Assembly: GCA_965113315.1 (NCBI GenBank)
Contig: OZ220377.1
Length of the DNA stretch: 64,000 bases
From: Podarcis vaucheri
Lineage: Eukaryota
Strand: one strand, 5' to 3'
Shown here piece after piece: positions 48,720 through 60,840 of this stretch. Made by a program: the position numbers and the translations under genes. The notes beneath the pieces were generated by a model, which made no database searches, had not been told where the DNA came from, and saw only the letters and a program-made list of their open reading frames with translations. Position 1 is the stretch's first letter, and every line of letters begins with the position of its first letter.

Positions 48720-48875
48720 ACTGTTGTGTATGCAGAAGGTCCTGGGTTCAATCCCCAGCATCTCCAGGCAGGGCTGGGAATATCCCACCTGAAACCCTGG
48801 AGAGCCACTGGCAGTCAGTGTCGGCAACACTGAGCTAAATGGATCCAGGATCTGACTCAGCTTAAGGCAGCCTGT
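48720..48875 (+). mobile_element. Squam2-type SINE
   Basis: ATGCAGAAGGTCCTGGGTTCAATCCCCAGCATCTCCAGG...GACTCAGCTTAAGGCAGC. Confidence 0.75.
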
Positions 48876-49049
48876 TGTGTAGAGCCAGTGTGGGAAGTGA
48901 GAACCAGCGTGGTGTACTGGTTACAGCATTAGATCAGGACTGGGGAGACCCGGGTTCAAATCCTGACTCTGTCACGAAACTCACTGGATGACCTGGGACC
49001 AGTCACGGCCTCTCAGCCCAACCTACCTCACAGAGTTGTTGTGAGGATA

Positions 49050-50233
49050 CGGTGAAATCTGCTATGATTAAATGGGCACAAGATGTTGGACATAACATTA
49101 TGATGGCTGACTGGGAACAGTTATGGACCACAGGTATGAAGTTTATTTTTTTTTTATAATAATTTTTTATTACATTTTTTCCAAATTACAAAGAAAACAA
49201 AAGGAAAGACAGAACAGAAGAAAAAAAAAAGAGAAAAAAGAACAGAAAATCATAACCATTTCGACAACTCACTTCAAATTTCCATTGGACTTCCCCACAT
49301 CTCCCACATAATGCATTCTTGATAATAAAGTTATCAGCAAATTATACCACAGGTATGAAGTTTACGGCATGTAATGCCTTAAGAGAGAATATTACGAAAA
49401 TGATATACAGGTGGTACATGACACCAGTCAAGCTTGCAAAAATCTATCATTTGCCCGATAATAAATGTTGGAAATGTAAAGAAACTGAAGGTACATTCTT
49501 TCACCTTTGGTGGACGTGCCCAAGGATTAAGGCTTTCTGGGAGATGATCTATAATGAAATGAAAAAGGTATTTAAATATACCTTCCTTAAGAAACCAGAG
49601 GCCTTTCTCCTGGGTATGGTTGGCCAATTGGTGCCAAAGAAGGATAGAACTTTTTTTATGTATGCTACAACAGCAGCAAGAATACTTATTACAAAGTACT
49701 GGAAGACACAAGATCTACCCACCCTGGAAGAATGGCAGATGAAGGTGATGGACTATATGGAATTGGCGGAAATGACTGGCAGAATCCGAGACCAGGGAGA
49801 AGAGTCGGTGGAAGAAGATTGGAAGAAATTTAAATACTATTTACAGAAATACTGCAAAATTAATGAATGTTAGAATGATGTCAGAATGAAGTTAAGTGGT
49901 TTTAGCAGCAATGTTACAAAGGAGTATGTAAAAATGGTTTGTTAACAGGTGCGAATCTAAAGTTACAATATATTAAGTTAAAGAATTAGGAGAAAAACAA
50001 AGAGGGAAAGGATCTGCTGAATTAATTAACTGAACTGGAATACAAAAAAGCGAGGTGTGAGGAGGTCAGGGAAACAAGTAAATGAAAGACAAGACATGGA
50101 AAGATTGATTTGTTTTTAAGTGTTTTTATTTTTCTGTATTTTGTATTTTTGCTCTTTCCCCCCCTTTCCCCCCTTTTTCTTATTTTTGTAACCTTTTTTG
50201 AAACTTTAATAAATATCATTTAAAAAAACAAAA
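49050..50233 (+). mobile_element. 5'-truncated L1-clade LINE (ORF2 C-terminus, 3' UTR, A-tail)
   Basis: VKSAMIKWAQDVG...WTTGMKF|TACNALRE...CWKCKETEGTFFHLWWTC (CCHC knuckle), stop at 49873. AATAAA at about 50208, then the A-tail. TSD core TTGTTGTGAGGATA at 49036-49049 and 50239-50252. Confidence 0.92.
49146..49345 (-). mobile_element. 200-bp poly-A-tailed retro-insertion (L1-like 3' UTR) inside the L1
   Basis: Poly-T at 49146. Perfect 19-bp TSD ACCACAGGTATGAAGTTTA at 49127-49145 and 49346-49364. Confidence 0.9.
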
Positions 50234-52872
50234 CAGGATTGTTGTGAGGATAAAACGAGGAGGCGGAGAACCATGCAAGGCACCTTGAGAGCCTTGGAGA
50301 AAAAGGTGGGACAGAAATGCAACCAACCAATCAAATAGTCTGTGTTCCTAAATGACTGTCAAAATGTCACTGCAGTTGTTGAAACTGCATCCCTGCAACT
50401 TGCACTGAAGAGGGGGTTGGACTACATGATCTAATCGGTTCCCTTTCAAGTCTGAAAATTCTATGGTTCCACACACACACACACACACACTTGAAAAAAC
50501 CACTTTCACCTGCCCTGATCCTGTGTGCATGCATACATGTGCATGTGCCGTGATATTTCTGCAAAACATTCACTTGCCACCACCTTTGGTCTGATAAATC
50601 ACTCTTACATTCGCTTCTTAACATCCCTCCATGCCTGAATTTTCCCTCGGAATCCAGACCGAGCGCTGCCTGCTGCTTTTCCAGCTTCTGTATACACTTT
50701 TCTCAAGTTGGGTTAACTTAATGGAGATGTGCAGGCTTGTGATGGATCAGACTTCCTGCTCTCTCTTTCCTTTCTATCCCCTTCGTCTTTTTTTAAAAAA
50801 ATAATAATTCCTAAATAGACCAATCTGCCTTCTGTTCATCCTCACTGCAGGATTAATGGACGCAGTGTTTTGTGGTTGGTTTATGTAAATTACTGACAGC
50901 AAAGCAACCATCATAATACTCTTTGATGCAATGAAATGCAGTTTGTAGTGAAATCTATTATAGTTCAAATATAAATTAATTATAATCCCTTCTGCTGTGG
51001 CAAACCTTCATGTATAATTAACGTTTGCTGTAGGGGAAATTGAAGGGCGGGGGCGAGTTCCTGGCTCTGCAGGAACCTCAGGCTCTCATCCAGGGCCTCC
51101 CTAAGCTGCTTCCTTCTTCTGGATGAGAAGGTTGCACCTGCCCCAGTGCACCATTCCAGCTGCACCTCTCCTCGAGGCCTTCTGCCGAATCCCCCAGAGG
51201 ATGCAGGGAAGAATTGGACTATTCAGTTCTGGGAGTGGGAACTCTGAACACTCTGGTAAGGCTCTGAATCACCTCTTACAACCCTCCTGATCAAACGTTG
51301 GCTCTCTCGCTCCCTCTAGTGGCTGGTTCTTGATGCTCGCTCCCCCTTCGCCAACATTTGTGCAGTTTGGACACGTCTTAACAAATGTTTGTTTTTGAGT
51401 AGGTTTAAAAAAGGTTATGAGATGTGCCCTCAAATCAGGCGCAGTAAGGTGCAAGCAGCTCATGGAGTCTCAAGAGAAAGTTTTGAAGAAGCAGACAGTT
51501 TGGACAACTCACTTTTTCCTACCACCGAGTTTCAGTTATGTCAGAACCTGAACCTAGTGTAATTCTCCCTTCTTTGCTTCGGTGTACCTTTTTACCTAGC
51601 AATCCTCTTATAGATAGTTGTAGAGCAGAGGTGTGACAGGGACATTTTCACATGCTGGAGATCTTCTGGATTCTAGTCCTCATTGTGCTGTGACTTGTCT
51701 GCTGATTCATTTGCAGCGTGACAGTTTGCGAGTTTGCAAGCCATTTGGCATGAGCTTCATTCAGGCCTGCACAAATTGTGAGCTACAAAGCACAGCCTTG
51801 CAACATGGTTTTCCAGATGCCTGGCAGCCCCCATGTTTTGGCTGGAAGGGGCATAGCCAGGGAGATAATATAGCCACTGGCAGACACAAAGCATGGCTGG
51901 TGAGCTGGAGTCAGCTTGACAGTTCACAAGTTGCACAGACCTGTTTTGGTTAGGGTACAGGATGAGTTGTGTTGCAACCTTTCTTTGCTTTCCCTTTTGC
52001 TAAAACAGGTTTGCACAACTTAGCGGGCCCTTGGGGCAAGCGCAACATACAACTTATTTTATGGTGTCCGCTACGGGCTTAAGAAACTGTCTGTGTTCGC
52101 TGACTGGTTGAGACAGCGGAGAGAGGGAGGTTGTCCAACATCTGCTGAGCCATCATCATGCACAACTGGTTTGCTACCAAGTTCTTTGGTTTAGTGCTGG
52201 GGTGGGTAACTGGTGACCCTAAGCATACCTTTATGTGGCTCTTGTTTTAGTTTCATGCAGGTGGTAGAAAGGGAGAAAAGAGGGTGGAAGAAAGAAAAAG
52301 AGATGGGGAGGGAGAGACATGACTCAACCCACCTTTGGCTGCAGCCCTGCCCATAGCTAGTGGCTCCTGACACCTAACTCAGAAGAATATACAGCCTTTG
52401 CCCACTTCTGGTTTAGGAATTCTTGTTCTGCAGGACTCAACAAAGTGATGAATGCAGGAGAGGACAGCAGGGACCCCCCTCCTTTCCCCCGCAACAGCCC
52501 TGCTGAAGGGGGCCATGCAGGGCTGAGCACTAGTGGCCTCCACAGAAAACCCTTCTTCTGCACAGCTATTTAGGATACAGTAGCTCTGTCCTCCCTTTGC
52601 ATCTCTGGCCACCCTAAATCCGAAGAGGAGGAAACGTCTTTCTCCGGTTTCCTAATGAGAGCAAATTGTAGCTGGGCTCTTTTTCCACTCCCCCCCTTCA
52701 TTTTTTACATAATAGCTTTTTTTTGCTTGTTCTGCAAATTATGCAGAAAGTGAAAAAAATGGCCTATTAGATGAGAAACTGGGGCATTTTTTCATAACAC
52801 ATTGGAACCTATTTAGCTGCTTTAGGTCAGGCGTGGGGTGAAATCCAAAGGCTCTTCATTATCTTTCTGCAG

Positions 52873-52926
52873 GGAGCAGCAGTTTATGCTGCTGGTGCTC
52901 CGTCTTACTGCAGAGGACCTAGCAAG
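52873..52926 (+). other. Candidate 54-nt symmetric exon (unassigned transcript)
   Basis: Acceptor cttcattatctttctgcAG and consensus donor AAG|GTGAGT. The phase 2-2 frame reads EQQFMLLVLRLTAEDLA. Upstream flank is TE-free. Confidence 0.45.
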
Positions 52927-52967
52927 GTGAGTGCTTGGCACTGTTTCAAAGTGATCAGGTGGTCTTG

Positions 52968-54280
52968 GCCAATGGCCCATCTAGTTCAGCACCTTGTTCT
53001 CACAGGGGCAAACCAGATGTGTGTGGAAACCCACAAACAGGTCCTGAACACAAGAACGCCCTTCCCTCCCGTGGTTTCCAGCAACTGATATTCAGAAGCA
53101 TTTCTGCCTCTGACTGTGGAGGCACAATACAGCCATCATGTCTAGTAGCCATGGACAGGTATCTCCTCCATGAATCTGCCCAATCCTGCTTTGAAGGCAC
53201 TCAAGTTAGTGGCCATCACTGCCTGTCAGAGACTGGGCAAATGAGGAGGAGTGGAGGAGACCGCCACCTCAAAAGGCATCTAGGCGGGAAGAAGATGACG
53301 ATTGTATGGGCCCAGATTCATGTCAGTGGTGAACAGAACACACCTGAGAAGAAGAAACAAAGAGCTGGGAAATAATGGAGGATGAGGAACAGGAGGAAGC
53401 TAGCTGATGCTCTAGTTCTGAACAGAGAAAGGACACAAAAATGGAATAAACAATACAGCACACAGTGGACTTTACATCACCTGAAATCCTGGTAGAACCT
53501 CCTCCTTCTCCAAGGACCAGGCGATCTCTTCATATCTGAGAGCAGAAAGCCAAACAGAGTGAGAAAGATTCCATTGTCGGCCACCGTAGGCAGTAAGGAG
53601 GGGTTTGGAAGCTAGGAAGTGCCGCAGGGGGAGTGGATTGGGCACTCTGAGCAAAGTCTCGAAACTGAGGAGAGCATCATCCATGGTCTCTCTGTGTATT
53701 CTGTTGATTTAAATAAAAGAACTAGCAGAAGCTCTCTACTTCTCTGATTTCACTAGGGCAGCTAGCCTGGGAGTTGTGGCACTGCCTCCTGTGGACGTGA
53801 GTTCCATAGTTTAACTATGTGCTGAATGAAGAAGTCCTTTATTTAATCTGTCCTGAACATTCCAATATCCTGCTTCATCAGAGGTCCACAAGTTCTAGGG
53901 TTATGAGGGAAGGAGAAAAACTTTTATCTACCCACTTTCTCCATGCCATGCAGAATTGCATAAACTTTTTTCAGGCAATTGAAAAAAAAAAAGTTTTTTC
54001 AAGTCCAAAATGCTGCAACCTTTCCTCACAGAGCACTTGCTCCATCCTCTTAATAACTATTTTGCTTGCCCTTTCCTGAAATTTATTTTAACTCTGCAAT
54101 CTCTCTCTCTCTCTTTTTTTTTTAGGTGAGGCGATCAGAACTGTACATGCTATTCCAAAGGTGGTCACACCGCAGCTTTGTTTAATGGCACTATGATACT
54201 GGCAGTTTTATTTTTAATTCCTTCTTAATGATCCCTACCATGGAATTTGCCTTTTTCACAGCTGCCATACACTGGGTCTA
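52968..54280 (-). mobile_element. Old CR1-family fragment interrupted by a solo LTR
   Basis: CR1 3' UTR at 52968-53223. RT C-terminal sequence resumes at 53782-54280. Confidence 0.8.
53224..53781 (+). mobile_element. Solo LTR (558 bp)
   Basis: TG...CA ends, perfect 5-bp TSD CTGCC at 53219-53223 and 53782-53786, AATAAA at about 53712. It cleanly interrupts a CR1. Confidence 0.85.
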
Positions 54281-54470
54281 CACTACCCACCTCTTCCCTG
54301 CCTGGAGATACCACCACTGTCCCACCCTGAGGGAAATGGATTTCTGTGGGTCATCATAGTGGCATCAAGTGACATGTAGATCTCAGAATCTCCATTATTG
54401 TAACTTGAATCCATTGGTTCAAGACATACCCTCCAGAGCAGGGGAAAACAAGCTTGTTCCCTCTTCCATT

Positions 54471-56285
54471 CTAGAGAGGTTAAAAGCAACAAAAAAGGCT
54501 TTTATGGGTATGTTCGTAGCAAAAGGAAGAACAAAGAAACAGTGGGGTCACTCAGAGGAGAAGATGGTGAAATGCAAACAGGGGACACAGAAAGGGCTGA
54601 ACTCCTCAATGCCTTCTTTGCCTCAGTCTTCTCCGATAAAGAAAACAATGCCCGACCTGAAGAATTTGGAGCAAATGATTCAGCAAAGGAAACACAGCCC
54701 AGAATAACTAAGGAGATAGTACAAGAATATTTGGCTAGTTTAGATGTATTCAAGTCTCCAGGGCCAGATGAACTGCATCCAAGAGTATTAAAAGAACTGG
54801 CAGATGTGATCTCAGAACCACTGGCAGTCATCTTTGAGAATTCCTGGAGAACAGGCGAAGTCCCGGCAGACTGGAGGAGGGCAAATGTTGTCCCTATTTT
54901 CAAAAAGGGGAAAAGAGAGGACCCAAATAATTACCGCCCAGTCAGTCTGACATCAATACCAGGGAAGATTCTGGAACAGATCATTAAGCAAACAGTCTGT
55001 GAGCACCTAGAAAGGAATGCTGTGATCACCAATAGTCAGCATGGATTTCTGAAAAATAAGTCATGTCAGACTAACCTGATCTCGTTTTTTGACAGAATTA
55101 CAAGCCTGGTAGATGAAGGGAACGCAGTGGATGTAGCCTACCTTGATTTCAGCAAGGCATTTGACAAGGTGCCCCATGATATTCTTGTAAAGAAGCTGGT
55201 AAAATGCGGTCTTGACTATGCTACCACTCAGTGGATTTGTAACTGGCTGACTGCCCGAACCCAAAGGGTGCTCATCAATGGTTCCTCTTCATCCTGGAGA
55301 AGAGTGACTAGTGGGGTGCCACAGGGTTCTGTCTTGGGCTCGGTCTTATTCAACATCTTTATCAACGACTTGGATGATGGACTCAAGGGCATCCTGATCA
55401 AATTTGCAGATGACACCAAACTGGGAGGGGTGGCTAACACCCCAGAGGACAGGATCACACTTCAAAACGACCTTGACAGATTAGAGAACTGGGCCAAAAC
55501 AAACAAGATGAATTTTAACAGGGAGAAATGTAAAGTATTGCACTTGGGCAAAAAAAATGAGAGGCACAAATACAAGATGGGTGACACCTGGCTTGAGAGC
55601 AGTACATGTGAAAAGGATCTAGGAGTCTTGGTTGACCACAAACTTGACATGAGCCAACAGTGTGACGCGGCAGCTAAAAAAGCCAATGCAATTCTGGGCT
55701 GCATCAATAGGAGTATAGCATCTAGATCAAGGGAAGTAATAGTGCCACTGTATTCTGCTCTGGTCAGACCACACCTGGAGTACTGTGTCCAGTTCTGGGC
55801 ACCACAATTCAAGAAGGACACTGACAAACTGGAACGTGTCCAGAGGAGGGCAACCAAAATGGTCAAAGGCCTGGAAACGATGCCTTATGAGGAACGGCTA
55901 AGGGAGCTGGGCATGTTTAGCCTGGAGAAGAGGAGGTTAAGGGGTGATATGATAGCCATGTTCAAATATATAAAAGGATGTCACATAGAGGAGGGAGAAA
56001 GGTTGTTTTCTGCTGCTCCAGAGAAGCGGACACGGAGCAATGGATCCAAACTACAAGAAAGAAGATTCCACCTAAACATTCGGAAGAATTTCCTGACAGT
56101 AAGAGCTGTTCGACAGTGGAATTTGCTGCCAAGGAGTGTGGTGGAGTCTCCTACTTTGGAGGTCTTTAAGCAGAGGCTTGACAACCATATGTCAGGAGTG
56201 CTCTGATGGTGTTTCCTGCTTGGCAGGGGGTTGGACTCGATGGCCCTTGTGGTCTCTTCCAACTCTATGATTCTATGATTCTATG
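54471..56285 (+). mobile_element. Young 5'-truncated CR1 LINE
   Basis: Uninterrupted RT ORF, short 3' UTR and (ATTCTATG)n tail at 56262-56285. Inserted antisense into an older CR1 (54384-54469 / 56286-56381). Confidence 0.97.
54473..56206 (+). pseudogene. CR1 ORF2 reverse transcriptase, 5'-truncated (no endonuclease domain, no native start)
   Basis: Motifs [48 protein letters not shown] and RPHLEYC. No stops over 577 codons. Confidence 0.95.
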
Positions 56286-56399
56286 TGAGTGCCTTTGAGA
56301 TCTCTGAAGATGGCTATCATATCTCCTCTCAGTCTCCTCTTTCCAGGCTAAACATACCCAACTCCTTCAACTGTCCTCACAATCAGCCATCCTCCTTCA

Positions 56400-56955
56400 G
56401 ACTTGTCCTCACAGTGGCCACCCAAATGCTTGTGGGAAACCTCCAAACAGGACCAGAGCACAAGAAGACTCTCCCGGAACTCCCATGGTTTCCAGAACTG
56501 GTATTCAGAGGCATTACTGCCTCTGACTGTGGAGGCAGAGCATAGTCATTGTGGCAAGTAGCCATCAATAGCCTTCTCCTCCATGAATTTGTCTAATCCT
56601 CTTTGAAAGCCATCTAGGTTGGTGGCCATGACTGCCTTCTGTGGGAGTGAGTTCCATAAGGAACACAAGTGAACAGCAAAGAACCTGCACAAGCAACGCT
56701 GACACCAAACCCTACATATAGTAAGTAAAATAGAAACATCGCCACCCGACCTCCCCATCTCCCTCTCTCCACCTCTTTCCCCCTTTTCTTCCTAATATCT
56801 CAACAAATTAAACTGATTTGTAAAAATGTTACATGGAAAAAAAATACAAGAGAGAGACATTGCACACACTTTTGTAAACCAAGAAAATATTTAATTAAAA
56901 ACAAAAACAATGTGCTACATGAAGAAGTTATTTCTTTTATCTATCCCGAATCTCT
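56400..56955 (-). mobile_element. Old CR1-family 3' end with a + strand A-tailed insertion at about 56661-56910
   Basis: Reads LWNSLPQKAVMATNLDGFQRGLDKFMEEKAIDGY. CR1 sequence resumes at 56911, after an insert ending ATTAAAAACAAAAACAA. Confidence 0.75.
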
Positions 56956-58846
56956 CCTCCCCCAGCCCCAAGATCAGAGAGACTCTCCCATTCTTATTTT
57001 CATACCAGTCTACTAAACTCAGCTTAGGCAATCTGCTTTTGGCACAGCCTCCCATGATATAATGTGCTCCCTGGTATCCCCTCTCAAATGTAGAATGAGT
57101 AAATGTCCTCTCTCTTGCTTGCCCGTCTCCCAGGTGAAGTGTCCCAGCTAATCAGAGGCATCTCTCAGAGGCTCTAAAGCTCTTGACACTTGGGGAACCT
57201 TTGCTCCACCATCTCTTTGGCTGAGATGGAATTACCCATAGCTCTCCTTGTCTCTGTGCACCAGGCCACACAGAGAGGGAGAGTCTGAGCAGATGGAAGC
57301 AGAACAAGGTCACCTACAATCAACCTCGCCTCTCCTGATCAGCTTTGAAACAAGTCAGCTCTGTCCTTCCATGTCAGCCTTCTGAACTCCATTGCCTGTG
57401 ATCTCTGCTCTTTTAAGGAAAAGGAAAAGGAATGGGAAGCCTCACTCCCCATTGCCAAACAGAAGTTGTTAGCTGACAAAATGTCTCCCTTTGTTTGTGT
57501 ATGTGTGTGAATTATGTGGGAGGCACAGGGAGGGGGAATCTGTAGAGGGTGCAAACACAGCCCATAATTTCTAAGTCATTTGCATCATAAATGGTAGCAA
57601 CATAAAGATGAGTTCTGCTGGAGTGGACAAATCTCAGGCATCGGGAACCAGTGGTTCTCTAGATATACGTGGGGCTGTATGCTCCATCATGTTTCATTGC
57701 TGTCTTGGACTGATGGGAGATGGAGAACAACAACATCTGGAGGCACTCTGAACTTAAGAAGTAGTTTCTCTCTCCCCCACTCCTCACTGCCTGTCCTGCA
57801 CCTGCTGTTCAAGTCAAGTTTCATCGGATGGCACACATGCCCCTCCAGTTCTGTCATTATGAAAGAGGGAGAAAAACATCCAGCCTGCAAGATGGTTGAG
57901 ATTATCTATCTGCCAGTTTATTCACAAACTTATTCCTCCAAACCACGTTCGCTGCCTCAGCATGCAGTTCCCAACGAACTTGGGGACAGATTTACATGAG
58001 TCTTTATCCTCCAGGTACTGAATCCTTCATTTGCATTTAGTCTACCACTCCATTCAGGAGGTAGTAGATATCCTTTCCTTGAAATGAACATGTACACACA
58101 CACACACACACACAGCTTCTATGTTTGTGCTGCCTCACTCCCTTGTAGGGTCAACACTTGCAAGGGACTGAAATCACAGTGGTGGGCCCGGGACGGTTGC
58201 ATTTTCCAAACGCTTGCTATTTTATTGCCAGTAGCTAAGTGCATTTGCTGAACATCTGCTTTTATTTTCCCCACGCAATCTTCTTCTCAGGCTGTGGCTT
58301 TCTCTCCTCTTAAAGAGCCCAAAGAGCCACTCCATAAAGTGAAATGCCTGACCTACTTTCACGAAATCATTCCAGCACGTTGCCCTGCCTCTTTCTCTTC
58401 CCTCTCCGGCTGTTCTGAAAAATTCCCCCTTTCCTCCCAAACCTGTGCATACTCCAGCAATGATGCCATGGGGATTATTTACATGCCGTGGTCTAGAAGC
58501 AGCATATGCCACCGAACGCCACTTGCTTGGAACAGCAGCGGGAGAGAGCTATGTCTTGCATTTGTGCCCTGTTTTGCGGGCTTCCCATCATTAATCCAAA
58601 AAGTAGCATAACAAGGAAGGAGCTGGAGTCAAACCTCTTTCCCTGGTGTGCATTATTTAACTTCAGGGAGTTGTTTTGACATGAGGGGTGGAGGAAGAGG
58701 CAAAATTGTTACCCCTACTGCTACTCTAAATTAGCACAGTCCCATTTACCACCTAAGGATTCTGGCTTCCTCATTTGGATATCTGGTGTAGACCTCAGCA
58801 TCTACACCTAGCCCAGCTAGTCTCCTTTCAATGCACTCCTGATATT

Positions 58847-59203
58847 AGGTAAAGGTAAAGGGACCCCTGACCATTAGGTCCAGTCATGGCCGACTCTGGG
58901 GTTGCGGCACTCATCTCACTTTATTGGTCGAGGGAGCCGGCGTACAGCTTCCGGGTCATGTGGCCAGCATGGCTAAGCCGCTTCTGGCAAACCAGAGCAG
59001 TGCACAGAAACACTGTTTACCTTCCCGCTGGAGCGGTACCTATTTATCTACTTGCACTTTGACGTGCTTTCAAACTGCTAGGTTGGCAGGAGCAGGGACC
59101 GAGAACAGGAGCTCACCCCGTCGCGGGGATTTGACCTCCTGCTGACCTCCTGATCGGCAAGTCCTAGGCTCTGTGGTTTAACCCACAGCGCCAGCCGTGT
59201 CCC
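58847..59203 (-). mobile_element. Sauria SINE
   Basis: Full length. TSD CACTCCTGATATT at 58834-58846 and 59203-59215. B-box disrupted by a TGACCTCCTG duplication. Confidence 0.95.
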
Positions 59204-59344
59204 ACTCCTGATATTGTTAGACTCCAATTCCCACAATCCCTTGCAATTTTCCATGCTGACAGGGACTGACAGGAGGTAGAGTCCAGCAATATCTGGTTTC
59301 CCCTGATCCAGTCAATATGGTATCCTAGCGTGGCTGTCTATCCC

Positions 59345-59870
59345 AAAAACCAAGAACTGACCTGGACCCTATGATAATCATCTGAGGCCCTTCTTCATGT
59401 GCCTCGTCCATGAGAGGTCCACAGGGCAGCAATATGAGAACAGGTCTTTTCTGTGGTGCTCCCCATTTGTAGAATGCTCTTCTAAGGGAGGCTTGCCTGG
59501 TGCCTTCATTACATAGCTTTAGGCACCAAGAAAAACATTCCTCTTCTCCCAGGCCCTTGATCAATTAATCAATCTATGGCCTTTTAAACATCACGCATGT
59601 GTGTGTAGGGGTTATTTTGTTTGCTTGTTACTATGGTATGTTATGGCTGCCATACGTTCCCAATTTCAGTGGAAATTGCTGAAATGTCCAGGAAAATCCA
59701 GACATATGGAAGCCCTTGTCAGAAGTGCAGTTTTTGGCGAATTTCTTTTTTTTAAAGAAAGCTCAACAATTTTCACTTTTTGAAATATGGCAACTCTGTG
59801 TGTTTTTATATTGTAAACAGCCCTGTGATCCTCAGATGATGGGCGGTATAGAAATTTTAACAACAACAAC
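59345..59870 (+). mobile_element. L2 LINE 3' fragment with nested hAT-like MITE (59642-59798)
   Basis: L2 3' hairpin TGTAAACAGCCCTGTGATCCTCAGATGATGGGCGGTATAG with an (AAC)n tail. MITE ends GGCTGCCATA / TATGGCAACTCTG, flanks TATGT/TGTGT. Confidence 0.75.
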
Positions 59871-59929
59871 CAGCACCATCACATCCACAATGTGTCTCAA
59901 TGCCTTGTGGCTTTCCGATCTGGGAAACA

Positions 59930-60085
59930 GGAATATAGGAAGATAGGAATCTGACCACTGATCCATCTATCTCAGCATTGTCTACCCTGACTGGCAGTGG
60001 CTCTCCAGGGCTTCCAGCCCAACCTGGAGATCCTGGAGACTGAACCCTGGACCTTCTTCATGCAAAGCACATGCTCCACAGCCCT
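59930..60085 (-). mobile_element. Squam2-type SINE
   Basis: Homologous to 48720-48875 in reverse orientation. Confidence 0.7.
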
Positions 60086-60558
60086 TCCCTGTGGCACCAA
60101 CTCAGCTGCAGCATCAGCTGAGAATCGCTTCTTTGCAGAAGAGTGGCAAATGGAATTAAACAGAAGGTATGCAATGAAAGCAAACACTGCAATGGAGCTA
60201 ATTTTAACAAACCACTAATGAGCAATACACCTCTCTACATTTTGTTTACCCTTATGGCCAACCTCCTAATGTACCTTCTCTGCATTGAAGAGATTAACAA
60301 CTTACCTGCTGCCCTCTTTTTAGAAAATATATTTCTCCTGAGCTCTCTTACCATGGGGATCTGAAAGAACTTTTCCAATCAGCAGTTCATTGATTGGAAT
60401 CTTCAGAAATGGGATGTTATCCTTTTTCCCCCAGAGACAACCTCAAACTATTTAAAATGAGTCAGATCTCGGCACTGTGATCCAACAGGTCCCCCGATAG
60501 ACTTTTCTCTTTCAGTGTTGGGTAAGAAAAGAGAGCTTCTTTTCACTACACTTCTTGT

Positions 60559-60840
60559 AGAAGAAGAAGAAGAAGAAGAAGAAGAAGAAGAAGAAGAAGA
60601 GGAGTTTGGATTTGATATCCCGCCTTTCACTCCCTTTAAGGAGTCTCAAAGCGGCTAACATTCTCCTTTCCCTTCCTCCCCCACAACAAACACTCTGTGA
60701 GGTGAGTGGGGCTGAGAGACTTCAAAGAAGTGTGGCTGGCCCAAGGTCACCCAGCAGCTGCATGTGGAGGAGCGGAGATGCGAACCCGGTTCACCAGATT
60801 ACGAGTCTACCACTCTTAACCACTACACCACACTGGCTCT
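60559..60840 (-). mobile_element. Squam3B-type SINE with expanded (CTT)n tail
   Basis: Near-identical to 8064-8321. (GAA)n run at 60559-60600. Confidence 0.92.

Larger units (their letters stand above)
48898..50335 (+). mobile_element. Squam3A-like SINE split by an L1 insertion
   Basis: Head at 48898-49049 with GGTTCAAATCC B-box. The 3' part resumes at about 50234. Confidence 0.8.
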
